Source: Candidatus Methylacidiphilales bacterium (GTDB taxonomy: Bacteria; Verrucomicrobiota; Verrucomicrobiia; Methylacidiphilales; UBA1321). From it: a stretch of 64,000 bases of DNA. The translations under genes were made by a program, and so were the position numbers. The DNA lies in assembly GCA_035948935.1 (NCBI GenBank), contig DASZIP010000022.1, positions 4,541 to 68,540 on the forward strand, given 5' to 3'. This document shows, piece after piece, positions 8,009-15,731 of this stretch (position 1 is the stretch's first letter; every line of letters begins with the position of its first letter). The notes below the pieces were generated by a model. It had not been told where the DNA came from, searched no databases, and saw only the letters and a program-made list of their open reading frames with translations.

Positions 8009-8617
8009 TCAGTGTTCGGCGGGGTTGGCGCGGGGTTCGCGGATCGTCGTGGGCGCATCGCCGATGGCCGGCGGCTTGTCGGTGGGCAGGGCGACGTAGG
8101 GTCCGCCTTCCATCGGCGCGCGACGCGAAAATCCTTCTTCGCCCGGCAGGTCGCTCGGCAGGCCTTCGAGGGGAAAATCTTTCTTGAGCGGATGGAACGG
8201 ATAGCCGTCCCACATGAGGATGCGGCGCAGGTCGGGATGGCCCGCGAAGGTGATGCCCATCATGTCGAAAATCTCGCGTTCGTGCCAATCGGCGCCCTGG
8301 AAGACGGGCACGATGGAATCGACGGAGGGGTCGTCCTCGCTGACCTTGAGCTTGACGCGCAGGTGCGCCAGGTTATTCGGGCCGCCGAGCGCGCAGAATT
8401 CGTAGACGACTTCGTAACGGGGCTCGTCGCCGAAATGGTCAACGCTCGTGATGTCGAGGAGGAGGTTGAAGCCGAGTTCGTTTTTGAGATGGGCGGCGGC
8501 GGCTCGGACGATCTCGCGGTCGATCTCGACGACCTGCTCGTCGCGAAATTCCTTCCCTTGCCCGACCTTGCCGGGAAATTGCTTTTGCAGGGAGGCGATG
8601 GCGTCAGCGGCGGGCAT
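8009..8617 (-). CDS. nuoC: NADH-quinone oxidoreductase subunit C
   Basis: 202 aa with ...ITSVDHFGDEPRYEVVYEF...VFQGADWHEREIFDMMGITFAGHPDLRRILM, typical of the NuoC/30-kDa subunit. Confidence 0.95.
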   Translation of the reverse strand: MPAADAIASLQKQFPGKVGQGKEFRDEQVVEIDREIVRAAAAHLKNELGFNLLLDITSVDHFGDEPRYEVVYEFCALGGPNNLAHLRVKLKVSEDDPSVDSIVPVFQGADWHEREIFDMMGITFAGHPDLRRILMWDGYPFHPLKKDFPLEGLPSDLPGEEGFSRRAPMEGGPYVALPTDKPPAIGDAPTTIREPRANPAEH

Positions 8618-8623
8618 GGGAAA

Positions 8624-8666
8624 GAATTTTGACGGGATTAGGGAAGGCAGACGGAATTAACGGAAC
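8624..8666. repeat. TTTTGACGG-word array (left bracket of the nuoB|nuoC insert)
   Basis: GAATTTTGACGGGATTAGGGAAGGCAGACGGAATTAACGGAACG is the same family and orientation as 7515-7549. A weak inverted partner lies at 9566-9580 (reverse complement ...TTTTAACAGGAAAAC). Other copies lie at 10697-10730 and 23271-23296. Confidence 0.7.
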
Positions 8667-9072
8667 GTTGCGGAGGGCGTGCGGCTGCCCAGGTCATAGC
8701 GAGGAAGCCGAGGAAAGGTATGGCCACAGATGGGAGTAATCCTAGCAGCGATGGATTGGTGCTGATTGCGGGCAGTATACTAATTAATCCTGTAGTCATC
8801 TCCCAAGCGGCAATGCTTAGAAGAAGACCTGAGAAAATCCCGAGACAGATTCGGACAACGTTACGCGAAAGATGAAAAGAGCCGAATATCCATGTTGAAA
8901 AGCTAAAAAATATACATATATCCTTCCAACTGCTGTTATAGAATTGGCCTATGTGAGAAGGAAAGCTGCTCAGAAAAACTGTTCCGAAAAGCAATATCAC
9001 AAGACAACCAAAAATCCGTGCAGTCCAAAGCATCACATGATCGAGCATTTGGAGCGCTTTCATGGTGGTCAT
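8638..9072 (-). CDS. hypothetical integral membrane protein (144 aa, about 4 TM)
   Basis: MTTMKALQMLDHVMLWTARIFGCLVILLFGTVFL...LGFLAMTWAAA lies in a visibly AT-rich stretch. The start is the ATG at 9070-9072, because the longer track ORF would overlap the next gene. I recognise no family. Confidence 0.45.
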   Translation of the reverse strand: MTTMKALQMLDHVMLWTARIFGCLVILLFGTVFLSSFPSHIGQFYNSSWKDICIFFSFSTWIFGSFHLSRNVVRICLGIFSGLLLSIAAWEMTTGLISILPAISTNPSLLGLLPSVAIPFLGFLAMTWAAARPPQRSVNSVCLP

Positions 9073-9124
9073 GCTTGTGGGAGGGTGCAGGCAGATTTTA
9101 ACAGGAAGACATGAAGGGAAGGAA

Positions 9125-9559
9125 TCAAGCTTCATGAAGGCGGAGGTCCGGATCGATGAGGGGCCGGTTGCGGTATTTGCGCTTAATTTGGAGCGGCGCT
9201 GTGCCAAAGTTGAGAATGAGGCCGACATCGAGACCGGATGCCTTGAGATAATTGACCGCCTGTACCTCCGCGCTAAGGGGCAGAAGTTCGAGAGCTTTTA
9301 ATTCCAAAAGCAGCCGCCCTTCGATGATGAGATCGGCGGTAAAATTGCCCACGACCCGGCCATGATAGGAAACGGTCAACGGAGCTTCGCTGACAAAATT
9401 CACCCCCCCTTCGGCCAGCTCAATTTCCAACGCGCGGTGGTAGATCGATTCGACAAAACCGGTGCCAAGCTCCGTATGAACCTTGATGGCCAGGCCAATC
9501 ACCTTGGAACTCAGCGGATCGTCCTCCCCGTGATTCCCATTTCGGTTCATGTATTTCAT
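9125..9559 (-). CDS. GxxExxY family protein (PD-(D/E)XK nuclease-fold)
   Basis: 144 aa with the signature GFVESIY, then ...DLIIEGRLLLELKAL...AVNYL...GLILNFG. This is the third paralogue within the nuo operon. Confidence 0.85.
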   Translation of the reverse strand: MKYMNRNGNHGEDDPLSSKVIGLAIKVHTELGTGFVESIYHRALEIELAEGGVNFVSEAPLTVSYHGRVVGNFTADLIIEGRLLLELKALELLPLSAEVQAVNYLKASGLDVGLILNFGTAPLQIKRKYRNRPLIDPDLRLHEA

Positions 9560-9581
9560 GTTTTCCTGTTAAAAAGGTTCT

Positions 9582-10112
9582 TTATGCCACGAGCGTGCTG
9601 GCGGGCGGGAGTTGTTTCAGGCCGACCGTGGAGCGATCGAGCATGATTTTGTTCTGGAGGCGCATCAGGCCCTCCAGCAGCGCTTCGGGGCGGGGCGGGC
9701 AGCCGGAAATATAAACATCCACCGGAATGATCTGGTCGACCCCCTGCAGGACCGCATAGCTCCGATACATCCCGCCAGTTGAGGCGCAGGCGCCCATGGC
9801 GATGCACCATCTCGGTTCGGGCATCTGGTCCCAGATGCGCTTGCAGGAAAGGGCCATCTTATAAGTGACCGTCCCGGCGACGATGAGCAGGTCGCTCTGG
9901 CGTGGGGAGAAGCGCATCACTTCCGCGCCGAACCGGGCGATGTCGAACCTCGCGCAGGAGGCGGCCATCAGTTCGATCGCGCAGCAGGCGAGGCCCATCG
10001 GCATCGGCCAGAGCGAGTTCTTCCGCATCCAATTGATCGAGGCGTCGAGCGTCGTGAGAACGACGTTGCCTTCGACCTTGGAGTTGTAGGAGAGGTCGCG
10101 TCCGTGGACCAT
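9582..10112 (-). CDS. nuoB: NADH-quinone oxidoreductase subunit B
   Basis: [10 protein letters not shown]...[15 protein letters not shown]...[13 protein letters not shown]...MGACASTGG...[13 protein letters not shown] (N2 cluster cysteines). The start is the internal ATG at 10110-10112. No nuoA lies upstream. Confidence 0.95.
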   Translation of the reverse strand: MVHGRDLSYNSKVEGNVVLTTLDASINWMRKNSLWPMPMGLACCAIELMAASCARFDIARFGAEVMRFSPRQSDLLIVAGTVTYKMALSCKRIWDQMPEPRWCIAMGACASTGGMYRSYAVLQGVDQIIPVDVYISGCPPRPEALLEGLMRLQNKIMLDRSTVGLKQLPPASTLVA

Positions 10113-10222
10113 ATGAGGAAACGATAGGCGGCGCGAAGAGACCGGCAAGGCGAATTGTAAGAAAAAGATGGCAGCGACGGCAGGTGCTGCGCACGGCAGC
10201 TATTGCCGTCCCATTCGTTTTT

Positions 10223-10250
10223 GGAGCGCGAAGGGACTCGCGTCCCTACC
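10223..10250. repeat. GGGACGCGA-hairpin extragenic repeat, copy 1
   Basis: GGAGCGCGAAGGGACTCGCGTCCCTACC is the reverse complement of the copy at 54432-54459 except for a few bases. A further 15 nt of flanking similarity follow (TGCCGTCC...). A partial third copy lies at 27515-27529. Confidence 0.75.
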
Positions 10251-10271
10251 GTCGCTTCGGTAAAATGCCGC

Positions 10272-10646
10272 ATGGTGCAGAAAGGTTTTATCGCGGTTTT
10301 CGAGGCGACGCTCGCACGGGCCGGGATTTCGGAATGTGTCGCGTCGTGGCTGGAGCGCTTCGAAAAAATCGAGCAGGTGATCCCCGGAATGGGCGGCACG
10401 CTCGAGGTGAAGGACCCGCGAGAGATCATGTGGGAGCCGAACCTGCAATTCCGCGTCCTCAACGGCGAACAATTCGCCTGGGTCTACGCGTCGCTCGGCA
10501 AACGCGCCATGGAAACGACCGGCTTTCAGGACGCCGAAATTTCCCTTTGCCTCGAAGTCCTCCTCGAACTGCCCGGCGTTGCCGAGGTGATCGACGAGAA
10601 GAACCAGCGTCGGCTCGAGGAACTCGAGAAGTCCGGGATTATTTAA
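10272..10646 (+). CDS. hypothetical protein (124 aa)
   Basis: ORF MVQKGFIAVFEATLARAGISECVASWLERFEKIEQ...EKSGII has a protein-like composition. I recognise no family. The 5' part of the track ORF overlaps a repeat, so it is trimmed to the ATG at 10272. Confidence 0.5.
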   Translation: MVQKGFIAVFEATLARAGISECVASWLERFEKIEQVIPGMGGTLEVKDPREIMWEPNLQFRVLNGEQFAWVYASLGKRAMETTGFQDAEISLCLEVLLELPGVAEVIDEKNQRRLEELEKSGII

Positions 10647-10704
10647 TGTAGCGGCGGTCGGAGCCTGTCCTGAGCGGAGCCGAAGGAACCGTCGCTGAAT
10701 TTTT
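10647..10704 (+). terminator. TGTAGCGGCGGTC-family hairpin element plus T-run, directly after a stop codon
   Basis: The element starts on the base after TAA (10644-10646). Arm AGCGGCGGT (10650-10658) pairs with ACCGTCGCT (10688-10696), leaving a 29-nt loop. The hairpin is followed by GAATTTTT. Related copies lie at 31325-31350 and 31451-31499. Confidence 0.35.
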
Positions 10705-10763
10705 GACGGAATGCGTGTAAATTCGGTAAGGTGCGGACAGGATCAACCTGCACCACGTCCATT

Positions 10764-11321
10764 ATGAACCGCTTTATTTCCATCCCGCGCGAGGCGCTCG
10801 CCGAGTTGCTCCAGGCTGCGGGATCGCCCCTCACTCCCGAGCAATACATCGCCTCGCTGCCCGATCTGGTCGCTTACCGGAAGTATCCCGGCCGGGCGAA
10901 GGCTGCGACCGTGAACAAGTATTGCCTCCTCGTGGTGGCGGTCCTGGCCGTCGTCTGCCTCCCCTTTTTGGGATTTGATTTTGAGAATCTGCTCGTCACG
11001 GCGGGTCTGGTGACGGTCACTTTTTTTGAATACCGCGTGCACCGCTACTTTCGCGAAAACAATCCCCGGGCGCCCAGCCTCGGCTTTCGCAATCAATCGG
11101 CCTTCGCGGCGGCCATCTTGATCTACTGTTTGTACCACGCCATCGTCCCAACCTCGATACCCGTTCCGTCCGAATATCGCGAGGTGATGGACCCCTCCAT
11201 GGCGGAGTTGATGCAAGGCTTCGAGCGCATCGTCTATCTCGTCGTAGCCGTCATCGCAGGCGGTTCCCAATTCGCGCTGGCCTGGTATTACCGGAGCGCG
11301 GAAGTTCGGGCGAAGTCGTAG
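10764..11321 (+). CDS. hypothetical membrane protein (185 aa)
   Basis: MNRFISIPREALAELLQAAG... followed by four hydrophobic segments. I recognise no family. Confidence 0.5.
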   Translation: MNRFISIPREALAELLQAAGSPLTPEQYIASLPDLVAYRKYPGRAKAATVNKYCLLVVAVLAVVCLPFLGFDFENLLVTAGLVTVTFFEYRVHRYFRENNPRAPSLGFRNQSAFAAAILIYCLYHAIVPTSIPVPSEYREVMDPSMAELMQGFERIVYLVVAVIAGGSQFALAWYYRSAEVRAKS

Positions 11322-11418
11322 GGCGGCGATTGCGGGGCCGGGCTGGTTTCTGCCATTTCCGCAGGCCCTTTCGCATCGACAAAAATCGAAGCTTCTCCAC
11401 AATGGGACTGCCCGCTTC

Positions 11419-11490
11419 GCCGGTTTAGCTCAGTGGTAGAGCAGCGGTTTTGTAAACCGTTGGTCATCAGTTCAAATCTGATAACCGGCT
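11419..11490 (+). tRNA. tRNA-Thr (anticodon TGT)
   Basis: Hand-folded cloverleaf: acceptor GCCGGTT/AACCGGC, D arm GCTC-AGTGGTA-GAGC, anticodon arm GCGGT-TTTGTAA-ACCGT, T arm ATCAG-TTCAAAT-CTGAT, discriminator T. CCA is not encoded. Confidence 0.9.
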
Positions 11491-11878
11491 CCCCCCAGAA
11501 CTCGATTTTAAGAGTGGAAGAAGAAGGGGAAAAGCATCCGGTCGTTGCCTCGGCAGAGACTTCTCTTATAGATCAAGTCTTGGGGGAAAACGAGGGAGTC
11601 GCTGCGGGTGCTTTCTACTTTGTTCGCCGGGGCAGTCGCCGCGATCTGCGAGTTTATAGGTCTAAGTAATTGATATTCAATTTGTTGAATGCATAGATTT
11701 AGCGTTGCAATCCTTTGCTTTCAAGCCACTTAGAAAAAAAATTTGTTAGTGGGGCGTCCTTCCCATACGTGTTGTTTTGCACAAAAAAGTCCAAGTGGTA
11801 TCAGATTAGGCTAAGATCGTGGAGCTAGGGACTAGCAAAAACTACGCGCCGCGTTGTTTCAGCGATACCCTCGCGCGC

Positions 11879-11992
11879 ATGGAAAATCCTAAGCTAAGGC
11901 GATGCCCTTACACTTTACATCCCAGCTCAGAACTTTCCGAGACCAGTCGCGAGCATGTTATCATGGATGCCATCGGTGGCCCGAATGGATGA
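11879..11992 (+). pseudogene. possible N-terminal remnant of an HNH-type endonuclease
   Basis: A 37-codon ORF, MENPKLRRCPYTLHPSSELSETSREHVIMDAIGGPNG*, resembles the C-x-Y-C...EHVIP-x-A-x-GG N-terminus of a class of HNH/Abi-associated nucleases. It stops early in an AT-rich gap next to the tRNA. This rests on weak, by-eye similarity only. Confidence 0.2.
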
Positions 11993-12055
11993 GCCAATTT
12001 TATCGCGATCATGCGGCAACTGGCTATGACTTGATTCAACGGCACTGACCATGCA

Positions 12056-12943
12056 ATGAAGTTACCAGAAGTGGAAAAACGAGAGAAATGGGGCGGCAGG
12101 ATAATTCTCTGGAGCGAAATCGTGATCATCGCGGGATTTCTCCTGTTTCGCGGTTACGTGTCGATGGAAACGCCATTTCCGGCCACGCCTCCAGCCGCAG
12201 CGCCACAGGCTCAGCCCGATCGAGTTTCAGAGACGCTGCATTTGAAACAAGGCGATTTTACCGTCTACCGCTACGTTCCGGGAGACGCAAAATTCGCGGC
12301 ACATCCCCTGGCGGTGATCATTTTTGGCTCGGGAGATGGCGGATTCGATGGATGGGAGGACCGGGTTTCCCGCGCCCTCCAAGCCGCCGGGTACGAAATG
12401 CTCGGTTTCGACTGCGCACTTTATTCAAAAACCGACTATGATCTCGACATCTTGCAGTCCGATATGAACACCATCGCCCAAAGCTCGCTGGCCCGCTACG
12501 GCGATCATCCCCCGCCTCTGATTCTGGGAGGTTGGTCGATGGGGGCCGAGCAGGCGGTTCCCGCGGCAGGCGGTCCTCACCCCCCGGCGGGTCTTGTCGG
12601 GCTGCTGCTGATTTCGCCCGGAGATCGCGGACGCTACGGGCTTCGCGATGCCGACAGGTGGAGTGTAGCACCCACGGGACCGGGAACTTTTGGCTTGCGG
12701 GACTTTGCTCATAGTCTGGACAAAGTGCGTGTTGCCCAGTGGAATGCGAATCTTGATCTTCTCGGTTCAAAAAACTGGCTCAGCTCGTTGACAGCCACCT
12801 ACAAGGCGTATGACTTTCCCTGGGGATTGCATGATTACAACGGAGCCAGCGACTCATTTTTGAAATTGCTGAAAGAAAGCCTGACTTGGTTACTGTTGCC
12901 GGACCAGGTGGCTTCAAAAACCGAAGAGGTCAAAAAAGGCTGA
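12056..12943 (+). CDS. AcvB/VirJ-family alpha/beta hydrolase (putative aminoacyl-phosphatidylglycerol hydrolase), copy 1
   Basis: N-terminal membrane anchor, then FGSGDGGFDGWE...GYEMLGFDCALY...LILGGWSMGAEQ (GxSxG). This matches the SGDGGW and nucleophile-elbow motifs of the VirJ domain. It is a paralogue of the next gene. Confidence 0.75.
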   Translation: MKLPEVEKREKWGGRIILWSEIVIIAGFLLFRGYVSMETPFPATPPAAAPQAQPDRVSETLHLKQGDFTVYRYVPGDAKFAAHPLAVIIFGSGDGGFDGWEDRVSRALQAAGYEMLGFDCALYSKTDYDLDILQSDMNTIAQSSLARYGDHPPPLILGGWSMGAEQAVPAAGGPHPPAGLVGLLLISPGDRGRYGLRDADRWSVAPTGPGTFGLRDFAHSLDKVRVAQWNANLDLLGSKNWLSSLTATYKAYDFPWGLHDYNGASDSFLKLLKESLTWLLLPDQVASKTEEVKKG

Positions 12944-12970
12944 TGCCGACAATCCTTTTCCCTTAATTTC

Positions 12971-13783
12971 ATGTTCAAAAGAATTTCGATTCTCCTTTAC
13001 GCGCTCGTGATGATTGCTGTGGCTGTGTTCGACCTGTTCACCGTTCGACCGGTACCGTTCTCGTCGGACGGAAAATACCTGAAAATTGAATTGAAGCGAG
13101 GCACCTTCACCGTCTTTGACTTCCCATCGCGACAACCGGTCACGTCAGCTCTCATGCTCTTCGGCTCGGGAGACGGTGGCTGGGGAGGTCTTGAAGAGGC
13201 CATTTGTCGGGCGTTTCAGAATCAAGGTTTTGAAGTTATCGGGATTGATTCCCATGCTTATGCCAACACCGATTATGACTTGGACACTTTGCAATCGGAC
13301 TATGGCAAAATTGCCCGGACAGTCCTGGCCCCGTTTGGAAGCCATCCTCCTCCGCTGATCGTTGGTGGCTACTCAATGGGAGCGGCGCAGGCCATCGCGG
13401 TGACGGGAGGGCCTCACCCGCCTCAAGGCTTGATCGGCCTGCTGGTGATAGACCCCCTCAGTCGCGGCCGTTACGGCCTGCGCGAATCGGACCAGATGAA
13501 CATGCTTCCCACGGGCCCCGGCACCTTTAGCATGAATGATTTTGCTAAAACGATGTATTCCTTGCGGATCGTGCAATGGCATGCGGCAAACGATTCGATT
13601 GATTCCCGCTCCTGGCTCGATTCCCTGACGGCCCAACACAAGGAATTCAATTTCCCCAATGCCGAACACGGCTACGTGATTAATCGAGAAGATTTCCTTC
13701 GTCAGTTGGTCAAAAGCGCGCAGTGGGTCGTCAATCCGATGTCCGATGACACAGTGACACCAAAGGCCAGCGCAAATCCATAA
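12971..13783 (+). CDS. AcvB/VirJ-family alpha/beta hydrolase, copy 2
   Basis: Signal anchor MFKRISILLYALVMIAVAVF, then FGSGDGGWGGLE...GFEVIGIDSHAY...LIVGGYSMGAAQ. By eye it is roughly half identical to copy 1 along its whole length. Confidence 0.75.
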   Translation: MFKRISILLYALVMIAVAVFDLFTVRPVPFSSDGKYLKIELKRGTFTVFDFPSRQPVTSALMLFGSGDGGWGGLEEAICRAFQNQGFEVIGIDSHAYANTDYDLDTLQSDYGKIARTVLAPFGSHPPPLIVGGYSMGAAQAIAVTGGPHPPQGLIGLLVIDPLSRGRYGLRESDQMNMLPTGPGTFSMNDFAKTMYSLRIVQWHAANDSIDSRSWLDSLTAQHKEFNFPNAEHGYVINREDFLRQLVKSAQWVVNPMSDDTVTPKASANP

Positions 13784-13961
13784 GCAAATCACTCCTGCCA
13801 AACTTCAAACGCGATCGGCTACGGGTGCCTGCATGGCGGGAGTGACGCAAAGCCTTTATCGCAGGATTTGGTGCCCCGGAGACTTTTATAAAATTGTTGC
13901 AGCCGAATAGGGTGCGTCATACGTCTCCAATATAGCAAAATGTAAGACAGGAGCGAACCCA

Positions 13962-15731
13962 GTGCCCCGATCCGAAGCATTGCTGTTACCAACCGTGAAC
14001 GAAAGGCCGCCCGAAGATTTCGTGTCAAACGACAAGGCCAAGATCCTGCTTGGCCCGTCGTTGGGCATCGTTCTGCTTGCCTGGCTCGTTCGCCTTTCGG
14101 CGTTCATCAACCTGATTTCCTGCTTCCTGCCCGAAAAACCAAAGTTGGTTGATTGGCTCGGGCCTTGGATGCCCTTCGAAATCTCTGAGGAAATCAGGCT
14201 CCGCATGTTTCTGACATCCGTGTTGCTCTTTATCCTGGCCTCGGGATTGGCAAAAGGGAAACGGACGGCATGGCTCCTGACGATGGGGACCGTGGCGATT
14301 GCCCCCATTTTGCATCTCGGCTATGTGGACATCTGGCCGCAGATGTTAATCAACCTGGGGTTGATCGTCTTTCTTCTTCTCCATCACCGCCATTTTGTGG
14401 TGCGTTCCGACCGGCGCTCGGTTCGCTCGGCCTTGCTCATCTGCTCCGTCCTGGGTATCGCGCTTCTTGCGTTTGGCACGGTGCGGTTGCATGAACTCGT
14501 CGACCAGACCTCCGGTGGCGATGACTGGGGATCCTGCCTTCAGACGGCCTTTGAACTGGTGCTGGTGCAAAACGCTTACGCCCAGGGTCCTCAGACGATC
14601 ACGTCATTTAACTTTTTTGTGATCCTGCGAGTCGGCGGGCTCACGATCGCCCTGGTGGGTCTTTTTTTGACCTTGCGCCCGGTTTTACTGCAACGGCGGG
14701 TCCATGCCAGGGATCGGGAGAAGGTGCGAAAATTGATCGATCGGTACGGGGACGATCCGTTTGATGCCTACGTCTTGCTTGACGATAAAAGTTATTTTTT
14801 CAGCGGAGATGACGGAGCGGTGATTCCCTACGTTCTGTCCGGTAATTTCGCAGTTGTTCTGGCAGATCCCCTTGGTGATCCCGCGCTGCGCCCATCGGCC
14901 ATTGTTGATTTCGCCATCTTTTGCCGCCAACAGGATTGGGAGCCCATTTTCTATTTGGTTACAGACGAACTGACTCCCTATTATATACAGGCGGGCCTCT
15001 CGTTATTCAAGATTGGCGAAGAAGCCCGATTAAAAGCCGACCTGTTTCATCTCAAAGGCCATGATTTCCAGAACCTCCGCACCCTCCGCAACCGGGCGCA
15101 TCGCATGGGCATTCAGTTCCGCTGGTATGACGCCGCCCAAGCGCTTGACGAATCGCTTGAACACCGACTGTCCCTTATTTCACGCCGCTGGCTGGAAATG
15201 AAAAAGGCGCGAGAGATGGGCTTCGACATGGGTTCCTTTTCAATCGACGACATCCGTCGGCACGGCGCGGCGGTCGCCCTTGATTCCAACGGAGAACCTC
15301 TCGCTTTCGCGACCTGGCGGCCTTTCGCCCAAGACAAAGGCCGGGTGCTCGACCTGATGCGCACGCTTCCGCAGGCGCGCAACGTGATGGACTTCGTCCT
15401 CGTCGAATCGATTTCCCATTTCAACTCCATCGGCGTGACTCGCATCAATCTGGGTCTTGCACCCCTGGCCAACACGGACGATTCGCCCTCCCGTCCCGTG
15501 GCGGAAGAAAAAATGGTCCAGTTTCTCTTTGAAAATCTCAACCATATCTACGGCTACAAGTCGCTCTTTGAATTCAAGCGCAAGTACCGCCCAAAATGGC
15601 GTGGCCGTTATGTCGCCTACCGTCGAGGCGTTCACCTGCCGCTCGCCAGCCTGGCTTTGGTTCGTGTCCACGCGCCGGCAGGCGTCTGGAATTTCTTTTT
15701 CCCTGAACCTGAGCGAATGACCGAGGCATGA
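13962..15731 (+). CDS. mprF: MprF/LpiA-like aminoacyl-phosphatidylglycerol synthase (short form: TM region plus DUF2156/LPG_synthase_C)
   Basis: GTG start with AGGAG 8 nt upstream. The N-terminal third is hydrophobic. The C-terminal region reads ...DAYVLLDDKSYFFS...VLADPLGDP...FYLV...FKIGEEA...NLRTLRNRA...GFDMGSF...YGYKSLFEFKRKYRPKW, characteristic of the Lys-PG synthase domain. Confidence 0.85.
   Translation: MPRSEALLLPTVNERPPEDFVSNDKAKILLGPSLGIVLLAWLVRLSAFINLISCFLPEKPKLVDWLGPWMPFEISEEIRLRMFLTSVLLFILASGLAKGKRTAWLLTMGTVAIAPILHLGYVDIWPQMLINLGLIVFLLLHHRHFVVRSDRRSVRSALLICSVLGIALLAFGTVRLHELVDQTSGGDDWGSCLQTAFELVLVQNAYAQGPQTITSFNFFVILRVGGLTIALVGLFLTLRPVLLQRRVHARDREKVRKLIDRYGDDPFDAYVLLDDKSYFFSGDDGAVIPYVLSGNFAVVLADPLGDPALRPSAIVDFAIFCRQQDWEPIFYLVTDELTPYYIQAGLSLFKIGEEARLKADLFHLKGHDFQNLRTLRNRAHRMGIQFRWYDAAQALDESLEHRLSLISRRWLEMKKAREMGFDMGSFSIDDIRRHGAAVALDSNGEPLAFATWRPFAQDKGRVLDLMRTLPQARNVMDFVLVESISHFNSIGVTRINLGLAPLANTDDSPSRPVAEEKMVQFLFENLNHIYGYKSLFEFKRKYRPKWRGRYVAYRRGVHLPLASLALVRVHAPAGVWNFFFPEPERMTEA

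Noticed and set aside
10113-10271. A search for nuoA or a recognisable promoter upstream of nuoB.
   Set aside because: The minus-strand ORFs here (9859-10194, 9968-10462, 10200-10472) are not hydrophobic 3-TM NuoA-like proteins. I could not find a convincing -35/-10 pair, so no promoter is called.
11908-12129. A 73-aa minus-strand ORF in the AT-rich gap after tRNA-Thr.
   Set aside because: It overlaps the start of the AcvB-like gene, has no recognisable features, and lies in decayed non-coding sequence.
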